Source: Bdellovibrionales bacterium
GTDB lineage: Bacteria > Bdellovibrionota > Bdellovibrionia > Bdellovibrionales > UBA840
Length of the DNA: 12,719 nt
Reading direction: 5' to 3'
Assembly (NCBI GenBank): GCA_037969075.1
Contig: JBBKWS010000066.1
Span: 1 to 12,719, forward strand
Part shown: one piece after another, positions 1 to 7,159 of the stretch
How positions within the stretch are numbered: position 1 is the stretch's first letter
Layout: each line of letters opens with the position of its first letter
The notes under the pieces: model-generated
What the model was told of the DNA's origin: nothing
Database searches by the model: none
The model's input: the letters and a program-made list of their open reading frames with translations, nothing else
Program-made: the position numbers and the translations under genes

Positions 1-66
1 TTTGTTTCTCGTGCTGTAATGGATTTGCTAACAGTTAAATTTGGATTTAAAAAACTATCTATTTAA
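1..66 (+). CDS. secD: Protein translocase subunit SecD, C-terminal fragment (5' truncated by window edge)
   Basis: Frame 1 reads FVSRAVMDLLTVKFGFKKLSI* (TAA at 64-66). The KKLSI* ending is typical of SecD, and it lies directly upstream of secF. Not in the ORF track. Confidence 0.85.
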   Translation, partial: FVSRAVMDLLTVKFGFKKLSI

Positions 67-76
67 AGGTGAAAAA

Positions 77-991
77 GTGAAAAATAAAGAATTTGGAAAA
101 ATAGACTTTGTTAGTAAAACCAGTATTTTTGCTGTGCTCTCAGTGACTTTGATAATATTAGCTTTTGTTGCGATTTTTACTAAAGGCTTAAATTATGGAA
201 TTGATTTTGCTGGTGGTACAGAGGTGCAAGTACTATTTAATGTAGACACAAATGCAGCGCAAGTTCGCAAAATTGTGGATGGATTAGGACTTGGCGAAGC
301 GCAGGTGCAAGCTTTTGGTGGATCTGAAGAGTTTTTGTTTCGTTTTCAAAATGATGCCTCAAAGTCTGACTCGGCTCAAAATGAAGAGAATAAACAACGT
401 GTTGCCTCTTTAAAGATAGCCTTTACTGAAACTTTTGGTGATTCGCAGTTTGAAGTTAGACGTATTGATACTGTAGGTCCGCAAGTGGGTTCGCAGTTAA
501 AGAAGAATGCCTTATTGGCCATGTTTTATAGTTTACTATTAATATTGATCTATATCGGTCTACGATTTGATTATGAGTATGCACCAGGGGCTATCTTCAG
601 TTTGTTTCATGATGTGGTCATTGCTGTAGGCATTTATGCATTGTTGGGTAAAGAAGTTAATATTCAAATACTTGCAGGTGTTTTAACAATCATTGGTTTA
701 TCGTTAAATGATACGATTATTAATTTTGATAGGATTCGAGAGAACAGGCTCATACTAAAAAATACCAGTTTAGAGAATATTATTAATTTATCCATCAACC
801 AAATGTTAACCAGAACAATTCTTACCAGCTTAACAATCCTTTTTGCTGTTGGGTCTTTGTTTTTCTTCGCAGGTGGCGTGATAGCGGATTTTGCCTTGGT
901 TTTAGGTATCGGGATTACAGTAGGTACGTATTCTTCAATCTATGTAGCCGCTCCGATTATGCTACTTGGGCAAAGACTTAAGAAGTCGTGA
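77..991 (+). CDS. secF: Protein translocase subunit SecF
   Basis: Motifs GLNYGIDFAGGT, TVGPQVG, FHDV, SLNDTIINFDRIREN, LTRTILTS and GTYSSIYVAAP; about 6 TM segments. Start moved from TTG41 (inside secD) to in-frame GTG77, which follows an SD-like AAGGTG at 66-71. Confidence 0.96.
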   Translation: MKNKEFGKIDFVSKTSIFAVLSVTLIILAFVAIFTKGLNYGIDFAGGTEVQVLFNVDTNAAQVRKIVDGLGLGEAQVQAFGGSEEFLFRFQNDASKSDSAQNEENKQRVASLKIAFTETFGDSQFEVRRIDTVGPQVGSQLKKNALLAMFYSLLLILIYIGLRFDYEYAPGAIFSLFHDVVIAVGIYALLGKEVNIQILAGVLTIIGLSLNDTIINFDRIRENRLILKNTSLENIINLSINQMLTRTILTSLTILFAVGSLFFFAGGVIADFALVLGIGITVGTYSSIYVAAPIMLLGQRLKKS

Positions 992-2682
992 TTGTAACTA
1001 GGGATTGGCAGGTTAAACATACACCCACAGGGGATGTTGTCCTGCCCTTTCCAGCACTAGTAAATAAACTATTAGCAGCTAGAGGTTTTACCTCTGAAGC
1101 AGAAGTGAAAGACTTTCTGTCTTCATCTTTGCGTAATATGAAAAGTCCATATTCTTTAAAAGATATGGAACTAGCGGTTAGTCGTCTGACTACCTCCTTT
1201 GAAAATGACGAGAAAATTTTAGTATATGGCGATTTTGATTTAGATGGTTCTAGCGGAATTGCAATCTTGCTAGATGGTCTAAAAGCATTAGGCTTCGCCG
1301 ATGTAGAGTATTTTCAGCCTAAACGTCTTAGTGATGGATATGGGCTTCATGCAAAATTTATCGAAAAATTTAAAGAGCAAGGCGTAGATGTAATTGTAAC
1401 GGTTGATCTTGGAATTACAGCTCTTGATGCGGCATTAGAATGCAAGCGCCTTGGTATTGATTTGATCATTACGGATCATCATTTGCCTAAAGAAACTTTG
1501 CCAGAGGCACTTGCGGTAGTTAATCCTAACAGAGCGGATTGCACCAGTGATCTTACTTACCTTTGCGGGGCCGGAGTAGGTTATTATTTATTGTTAGCAA
1601 TCAAGATGCGATGGGCAGAACGTGGTACACCCCATAATTGGGATCCAAAAGAACCACTGGATTTGCTGTTGATTGCAATCTTAACAGATATGGTGCCCTT
1701 AAAAAATGAAAACCGGGCGTTGGCAAAACATGGACTTGCACAATTTCAAAATACTAAAAGGCCAGCTCTTCAATATTTATTAAAAAGTTTAAATATGGTG
1801 GGACGCCCCTTAAGTGGACAAGATGTAGCTATAGGTTTTGCACCAAAATTAAATGCTCTCTCTCGCTTAGAGCAAGGAGTTTTACCGGTCGACCTATTTT
1901 TAGAAAAAGATATTTCTAAGGCTGCAAAATTAACAAATGAGGCTCTCAGTATGAATGAGAGCAGAAAAGATTTGCAGGCTGAGGCAGAAGATGAGGCAAA
2001 GTCGATTCATCTAATGAACCAAGATAAAGGGTTTGTATTTGTATATTCTGACAATTTTCATAAAGGTGTAATAGGACTGGTCGCCACTAAATTAACGCAA
2101 GAATTTCAAGTTCCTAGTTTTGTGGCTACTGTAGTTGGTGATAAACTTGTAGGAAGTGCTAGAGCACCAAATATGTATGGTTTATCCCTAGTGGATATTT
2201 TTGAACAGGCTAGTCAGTGCTTAGACGGTTTTGGCGGGCACAGGGCGGCTGCTGGTTTTCAAATGAAGTTAGAGAATGCAGATGCCTTTAGGGCAGCGTT
2301 ATCTGAGATTTTAAAAGATCCTCCTGTGCCAGTCCACAAGATGGAATATGATGTTGAAGCCAATCTAAAAGAACTAGATGACGTTGCTCTGGATGCATTG
2401 GATTTAGTAGGTCCCTATGGGACAGATTTCCCAGTCCCGCTTTTTTATGTAAAAAATCTAGTGGTTATTAGTAAAACTGTCATGCGTGGGGGCCATATTC
2501 GACTACAGGTGCAAGACAAATCTGAAAATCGTAAGACGGTCCTATTGTTTTCTCCGCCTCTACATGCTAAAGAAATAGGCGAAGGACAGGAGATTGATCT
2601 TCTAGTTGAGCTGCAATGGAACTATTATAATGGTCGTAAGACTACGCAGCTTTTAGCAAAAGACATTCGATTAAGAATATGA
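988..2682 (+). CDS. recJ: Single-stranded-DNA-specific exonuclease RecJ (DHH family)
   Basis: YGDFDLDG, RLSDGYG, TVDLG, ITDHH, LCGAGV, DMVPLKNENR, GSAR and GGHRAAAG motifs plus a C-terminal OB-fold-like region. GTGA overlap with the secF stop. Confidence 0.96.
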   Translation: MIVTRDWQVKHTPTGDVVLPFPALVNKLLAARGFTSEAEVKDFLSSSLRNMKSPYSLKDMELAVSRLTTSFENDEKILVYGDFDLDGSSGIAILLDGLKALGFADVEYFQPKRLSDGYGLHAKFIEKFKEQGVDVIVTVDLGITALDAALECKRLGIDLIITDHHLPKETLPEALAVVNPNRADCTSDLTYLCGAGVGYYLLLAIKMRWAERGTPHNWDPKEPLDLLLIAILTDMVPLKNENRALAKHGLAQFQNTKRPALQYLLKSLNMVGRPLSGQDVAIGFAPKLNALSRLEQGVLPVDLFLEKDISKAAKLTNEALSMNESRKDLQAEAEDEAKSIHLMNQDKGFVFVYSDNFHKGVIGLVATKLTQEFQVPSFVATVVGDKLVGSARAPNMYGLSLVDIFEQASQCLDGFGGHRAAAGFQMKLENADAFRAALSEILKDPPVPVHKMEYDVEANLKELDDVALDALDLVGPYGTDFPVPLFYVKNLVVISKTVMRGGHIRLQVQDKSENRKTVLLFSPPLHAKEIGEGQEIDLLVELQWNYYNGRKTTQLLAKDIRLRI

Positions 2683-3326
2683 AAAAAGCAGTGGTATTAT
2701 TATCTTCAGGATTAGATTCAACGGTGAATCTATATAGAGCATATAAAGAGCTTGATGTGGTGTTAGCACTGCATTTTGATTATGGGCAAAGAGCAAGTCT
2801 TCAAGAAAAAATTCATGCAAAAAAAACGGCTGAGCACTTAGGGGTTCCATTTAAAGTCATTGATCTTCCCTGGTTTTCTTTTTTTTCAAATAGCAGCTTA
2901 ACGAATAGCAATAAAGACATTGCTACCCATGTAGAAATTAATAATTTAGAAGCTTCAAAAGAATCAGCTAAAAATGTTTGGGTCCCTAATCGTAATGGAA
3001 TCTTCTTAAATATAGCTGCGGCTTTTGCAGAGCAATTGCAGGCAGATTTTGTGGTTCCTGGTTTTAATATAGAGGAAGGGGCGACGTTTCCTGACAATAC
3101 TCCCGAGTTTTTAGCCTCCCTTGATAGTACGTTCGTATATTCAACAGCGAACAAAGTAAAAACACTTTGCTATACAGTTAATATGAATAAAACAGAAATC
3201 TACAATTTAGGTAAAGAGCTTGAGGTGGACTATTCGATGGTATGGCCCTGCTACCAATCTTTAGAGGCGCCATGCGAGATCTGCGAATCGTGCTTACGTT
3301 TTAATAATGCTAAAAGGGCAAAGTAA
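2679..3326 (+). CDS. queC: 7-cyano-7-deazaguanine (preQ0) synthase QueC
   Basis: PP-loop LLSSGLDST, FDYGQR, WVPNRNGIFL and a C-terminal Zn site CYQSLEAPCEICESC. ATGA overlap with recJ. Confidence 0.92.
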   Translation: MKKAVVLLSSGLDSTVNLYRAYKELDVVLALHFDYGQRASLQEKIHAKKTAEHLGVPFKVIDLPWFSFFSNSSLTNSNKDIATHVEINNLEASKESAKNVWVPNRNGIFLNIAAAFAEQLQADFVVPGFNIEEGATFPDNTPEFLASLDSTFVYSTANKVKTLCYTVNMNKTEIYNLGKELEVDYSMVWPCYQSLEAPCEICESCLRFNNAKRAK

Positions 3327-3881
3327 ATGAAAACTAAGTTTATTGATCAAAATTTTATCTATGATGGAAGTCAGCTTAGAAGCCTATTCGCCTATGAAAC
3401 ACAAGGCGTGCTAGGGGATTCGATTGTTAGTTGGTGCGGTAAGTGTGATATTTCAAATGCAAATATGAAAGATGGAGAAGATCTTTTTGCCGGAGAAAGG
3501 ATCTTCTCTGAAAATATGCTTCATTTTATTGTTGAAGCATTTGAGGTAAACTTACGTACAATGGTATCCTTACAAAGGTTACTGACGTCGATCATAAAAG
3601 ATCAACTTACTGAGCTGCAGCCAAGTTTAAAATTACGACGGGACGGGGATGATATTTATCTTGATGATAAAAAGTTGAATATATCTATTGCTAGTGCCGG
3701 GCCGCTTTCAGCGATGATTCATTGTGGAGTGAACGTATCGTCTCGTAATACGCCAGTACCAACCATAGGTCTTGAGGATTTGAACATTAATACGGTGGAG
3801 TTTTCTGATAAAGTCCTCACAGATTTTAGTGCCGAATATGAATCTATTCGCATAGCTTGTCAGAAAGTTTTTAGTCTCTAG
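3327..3881 (+). CDS. DUF366-family protein (biotin/lipoate ligase-like fold)
   Basis: YDGSQLRSLFAY, GDSIVSWCGKC, MLHFIVE, RRDGDDIY..DKKLNISIA and IHCGVNV match my recollection of DUF366. The ATG directly follows the queC TAA. Confidence 0.8.
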   Translation: MKTKFIDQNFIYDGSQLRSLFAYETQGVLGDSIVSWCGKCDISNANMKDGEDLFAGERIFSENMLHFIVEAFEVNLRTMVSLQRLLTSIIKDQLTELQPSLKLRRDGDDIYLDDKKLNISIASAGPLSAMIHCGVNVSSRNTPVPTIGLEDLNINTVEFSDKVLTDFSAEYESIRIACQKVFSL

Positions 3882-4140
3882 AGTTTGGTTTATTTTTTTT
3901 GTCTGAGTAGGGCTTTAGATTAAAGCAGCCATACGTCTTCATTCGGTACACTTTTAGGATTTCGTCGTAAATCTCCATTCTAACGTCGCGGTAGAGCTTT
4001 TGAGGAGTAAAAATCCCTATTTGTCTTAAGTGCTCTTTATATCTAAGATAGATAGTTTCACAAAAATCTTCAGGACTCATTTCCCTTAGGTCTGAGCTTT
4101 TAATTCCTTCGTAGATAAAATCGTAAAGTGTGTTTTTCAT
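3871..4140 (-). CDS. Small hypothetical protein (89 aa, predicted helical)
   Basis: Fills the otherwise empty gap between two + strand genes. ATG is preceded by AGAGG and a sigma28-like motif. Amphipathic helical composition with a YRMKTYG segment. Confidence 0.7.
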   Translation of the reverse strand: MKNTLYDFIYEGIKSSDLREMSPEDFCETIYLRYKEHLRQIGIFTPQKLYRDVRMEIYDEILKVYRMKTYGCFNLKPYSDKKNKPNSRD

Positions 4141-4148
4141 ACATACCT

Positions 4149-4175
4149 CTATCGATAAAAATTAGATTGTCTTTA
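4149..4175 (-). promoter_or_regulatory. Putative sigma28 (FliA)-type promoter for the 89-aa gene
   Basis: Minus strand reads TAAA(4175-4172)-N15-ATCGATAG(4156-4149), against the consensus TAAA-N15-GCCGATAA. Spacing is exact and the CGATA core is intact. Confidence 0.55.
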
Positions 4176-4216
4176 GGAAAGTAGTGTTAGTTTTTTAAAA
4201 TCTAGTCCGAAGATGG

Positions 4217-4245
4217 ATGACTTTCTTAAATTAAAACAATACCAT
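4217..4245 (+). promoter_or_regulatory. Putative sigma70-type promoter for the NFACT gene
   Basis: ATGACT(4217-4222)-17 nt-TACCAT(4240-4245), 9 nt before the in-frame ATG4255. Confidence 0.35.
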
Positions 4246-4254
4246 TTTACCATT

Positions 4255-5454
4255 ATGAAGTCGTTTCATCTAAATGAGCTAGCAGGATTTTTAGGACTGT
4301 TTCAGAAATATACAGGTGCGCAGCTACAAGAAGTAGTTAGTGCTAAGGATCAATTGCTTCTACGCTTTAGATACCAACAAAATTATTTTTTATTTTTTGA
4401 TCTATCAATGGCAAAACCAGTTTTGTTTTGGCTACAAAAGGACATTAAACTGAAAAAGAAAACGACACCTTTGGCTCTTTTTCTTAAAAAGTACTTTATT
4501 GATTCAGTTTTACAAGACGTCTGTATAAAAAATGGTGAAGGACGAGTCCTACATTTTTATTTTATATCTAAAGAGCACGGGCAGCTAGAGATTGAAGCAA
4601 GGTTGTTTCCGCATGGTTCAAATTTAATTGCAAAGACTGAGACAAAGTCCATATCTTGGTTTAAACCTAAAGATCTAAATACAGATGTATCTGAAATTAG
4701 TCCTGTTGCGAATATCGACGAAATTATGCAAACTAAGTGGGAAGAATACCAAGACCTGTCTAAGCCAAAAGTAAAAAAGGTAGATCAAAGCGCAAAGACT
4801 AAATCTTTGTTAGAAAGATTAGAAAATGACCTTAAAAATTACCCAACACGCGATTATAAGAGTGTCGCTGATAAAGTTAAGGCTACGCAAAATCTGAATA
4901 GTGCTGAAGATCTTGGTATTGACCTAAGCTTAGCCTGGTATGAGGCCGTAAAGCTTTTGCTAGAAAAAGATAAAAAGCAGGTAAATAAAAAGTTAGCGCT
5001 ATCAAAAAGAATCGAAGAAGTCAGGTTACTATTAAAAGAAGGAAAAACAATCGACCAAAAGGCAAATAATGATTTATTTGCTGCGGTTGATGCTAAGGGT
5101 AGGGTAAAAGTACTTTCTGATGGCAGAAGAGCCTACGTAGGAAAATCAGCCAAAGACAATATGATACTTTTAAGAAAAGCTAAGGCTTGGTACCTATGGA
5201 TGCATGTTAGAGATTATCCAAGCGGGCACCTTATCTTGCAGCAAAACAAGGGGCAAGTGGTCTCAGAGGCAGATATTACTGAGTTAGGACTTTTTTTAGT
5301 AAAAGAATCGGGTTTTTCAAAATCCTTGGTAGCAGGCGATATGTTTGATGTGCAATACACGGAATGTCGTTATATCAAGCCTATTAAAGGTGATAAATTA
5401 GGCCGTGTGCATGTGCAAAAAGAAAAAGTGCTCCGCATCCGATTCAAGGATTGA
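4255..5454 (+). CDS. NFACT-family (RqcH/Rqc2/FbpA-like) protein with C-terminal NFACT-R RNA-binding domain
   Basis: C-terminal YVGKSAKDN..LRKAKAWYLWMHVRDYPSGHLIL..VQYTECRYIK resembles NFACT-R/DUF814. N-terminal TPLALFLKKY..GRVLHFYF..GSNLI resembles NFACT-N, and the centre is a charged coiled coil. Start is uncertain: ATG4255 preferred over ATG4213. Confidence 0.8.
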   Translation: MKSFHLNELAGFLGLFQKYTGAQLQEVVSAKDQLLLRFRYQQNYFLFFDLSMAKPVLFWLQKDIKLKKKTTPLALFLKKYFIDSVLQDVCIKNGEGRVLHFYFISKEHGQLEIEARLFPHGSNLIAKTETKSISWFKPKDLNTDVSEISPVANIDEIMQTKWEEYQDLSKPKVKKVDQSAKTKSLLERLENDLKNYPTRDYKSVADKVKATQNLNSAEDLGIDLSLAWYEAVKLLLEKDKKQVNKKLALSKRIEEVRLLLKEGKTIDQKANNDLFAAVDAKGRVKVLSDGRRAYVGKSAKDNMILLRKAKAWYLWMHVRDYPSGHLILQQNKGQVVSEADITELGLFLVKESGFSKSLVAGDMFDVQYTECRYIKPIKGDKLGRVHVQKEKVLRIRFKD

Positions 5455-5479
5455 CGGCAGAGACTCAGACTTCTAGCAT
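5451..5479 (+). promoter_or_regulatory. Putative sigma70 promoter giving a leaderless ABC operon transcript
   Basis: TTGACG(5451-5456)-17 nt-TAGCAT(5474-5479)-6 nt-ATG5486, with no SD sequence before the ATG. Confidence 0.6.
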
Positions 5480-5485
5480 ATTTCT

Positions 5486-6403
5486 ATGGTTATTGTTGAA
5501 GGATTAACAAAATATTACGGTAGTATCTTAGCTTTAGATCAAATTTCTTTTAACTTTACTAAAGGTGATGTTGTAGGTCTTCTTGGGCCAAATGGTGCAG
5601 GTAAATCAACCACCATGAAAATATTGACTGGCTTTATGCCGCCTAGTTCTGGAAAAGTTTTGATACAGGGAATTGATGTAAGTACTGATCCAATAGCTGT
5701 CAAAAAAAGAATTGGGTTTTTACCTGAAAATGCACCCTTATATCTAGATATGTCTGTCACTGGTTACTTAAAGTATGTGAGTGAACTGAAGATGGTAGAA
5801 AAGAATCTTCGCAAAAAGTACGTTGATGAAGCTATTGAGCAAACTAGCCTGGGTGATGTGAGATTAAAAAATATTAAAACGCTTTCAAAAGGCTTTCGCC
5901 AAAGACTAGGTATTGCTCAGGCACTGCTATCGAAACCTGATTTAATTATTTTAGATGAACCAACGGTAGGTTTAGATCCAAAGCAAGTGATAGAAATCAG
6001 GCAACTTATTAAAATGCTTTCGGTAGATAGGACATTGTTATTATCTTCACATATATTGTCTGAGGTCGAGGCTGTTTGTAATAAGGTAGTCATAATGAAT
6101 AAAGGCAAGGTTTTGGCCCGTGAAACCGTATCAAGTTTAACTAATAAAGTAAGCAATGTAATTTATGAATTGCAGACAAACTCTAGTTTTGATTGGAACT
6201 CAGTATCACTTGATGCATTGGATATACTGACATTTGCGAACCGTGAAGACGGGTGGATTGAGATTACTATATCTGGAAACAAAGAGTTGCACCAAATTAT
6301 GAAAGTTTTTTTGGACCATAAAATTCCTTTTACTGAATTAAGAAAAAAAGAAACAAGTTTAGAAGATGCTTATTTGCAGTTAGTAATGAAGGATAACAAA
6401 TAA
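5486..6403 (+). CDS. ABC transporter ATP-binding protein (GldA-like)
   Basis: Walker A GPNGAGKST, signature variant LSKGFRQR typical of GldA-like ATPases, Walker B IILDEPTVGLDP, H-loop SSHIL. Confidence 0.93.
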   Translation: MVIVEGLTKYYGSILALDQISFNFTKGDVVGLLGPNGAGKSTTMKILTGFMPPSSGKVLIQGIDVSTDPIAVKKRIGFLPENAPLYLDMSVTGYLKYVSELKMVEKNLRKKYVDEAIEQTSLGDVRLKNIKTLSKGFRQRLGIAQALLSKPDLIILDEPTVGLDPKQVIEIRQLIKMLSVDRTLLLSSHILSEVEAVCNKVVIMNKGKVLARETVSSLTNKVSNVIYELQTNSSFDWNSVSLDALDILTFANREDGWIEITISGNKELHQIMKVFLDHKIPFTELRKKETSLEDAYLQLVMKDNK

Positions 6404-7158
6404 TGTCAATAATACTTTCTATTTTCAGAAAAGAGTTTAGAGGAATTGTTTTTAGATCTTCTTTTTTCTTTATTCTTTTTTTATGTAGCCTGTTCTTTGG
6501 AGCAGTTTTTTTTAATATTTTAGATCAGTACGCAAAGATTTCAAGTCAGATGCCAAACATTAATGGGATCAATTTTGTAAGCGGAATGATTGTGCCTCAT
6601 TTGTCTAGTTTAAATTTTGTGATGATGTTTGTGTGTCCATTTTTTGCCATAAAACTATTTTCAGAAGAGTATAAGCACAATACATTTGAGCTTTTGTTAA
6701 CGGCCCCCATCACTTCTAGTCAAATCGTAATAGGAAAGTTTATGGCAGCTTGTGCCGCAGCTTTTGTAGTTTTGGCAGTATCGGCAATTTACCCATTGGC
6801 TGGGTTATGGGTGGCAGATTTGCCGCTTCCGCATTTGCTACTTTCTTATATTGGTGTTTGCTTGGTAGTGATGCTCTACACGGCAGTTAGTATCTTTGCA
6901 TCTAGTTTGACTAGCTCACTAATTGTGTCGGGGATATTATCCATCGTATTTATATTGTCGCTTTGGTTTATTGCAATTTTTAGAACAAATGCTGACGGTT
7001 CTATTTCTACTGTAGTAGATATATTATGGATCAATTCGCACCTGCAGGCTTTTTATAAAGGTGGATTTTCATTGTTAGATGCCTCTGTGTTTTTGAGTTA
7101 CATAGGGTTGTTTGTGTTTATGTGTCAGCAAGTAGTAGAATCTTTTAGGTGGAGATAA
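6403..7158 (+). CDS. ABC-2 type permease (GldF-like)
   Basis: About 6 TM helices; IFRKEFR, FSEEYKHNTFELLLTAPI..IVIGKF and C-terminal ESFRWR. TAATG overlap with the ATPase gene. Confidence 0.9.
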   Translation: MSIILSIFRKEFRGIVFRSSFFFILFLCSLFFGAVFFNILDQYAKISSQMPNINGINFVSGMIVPHLSSLNFVMMFVCPFFAIKLFSEEYKHNTFELLLTAPITSSQIVIGKFMAACAAAFVVLAVSAIYPLAGLWVADLPLPHLLLSYIGVCLVVMLYTAVSIFASSLTSSLIVSGILSIVFILSLWFIAIFRTNADGSISTVVDILWINSHLQAFYKGGFSLLDASVFLSYIGLFVFMCQQVVESFRWR

Positions 7159-7159
7159 T

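Noticed and set aside
41..76. TTG start for secF given by the ORF track
   Set aside because: It overlaps the secD 3' end by 26 nt and has no SD; GTG77 has an SD and fits better.
2819..2886. A8 and T8 homopolymer runs in queC (similar runs elsewhere) as phase-variation or frameshift sites
   Set aside because: Reading frames are intact, and such runs are expected in AT-rich DNA.
2813..3154. 113-aa minus-strand ORF, and similar ones at 5539-5760, 5917-6156, 7075-7293, 7687-8121, 8915-9124, 9700-9948, 10635-11006 and 12463-12660
   Set aside because: All lie antisense to well-supported + strand genes, have no recognisable motifs, and look like shadow ORFs.
2679..3326. QueC as part of an anti-phage or DNA-modification system (QatC, Dpd, CBASS type IV)
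   Set aside because: Normal QueC length, housekeeping operon context, and no qatA/B/D, dpdA, cyclase or mobile genes in the window.
3878..3918. Intrinsic terminator after the DUF366 gene
   Set aside because: Only a weak G-U-rich pairing is possible, and the T-run would fall in the loop rather than after a stem.
4187..4213. Second sigma28-like promoter on the + strand (TTAG-N15-TCCGAAGA)
   Set aside because: Both boxes are weak matches and cannot be distinguished from chance without TSS data.
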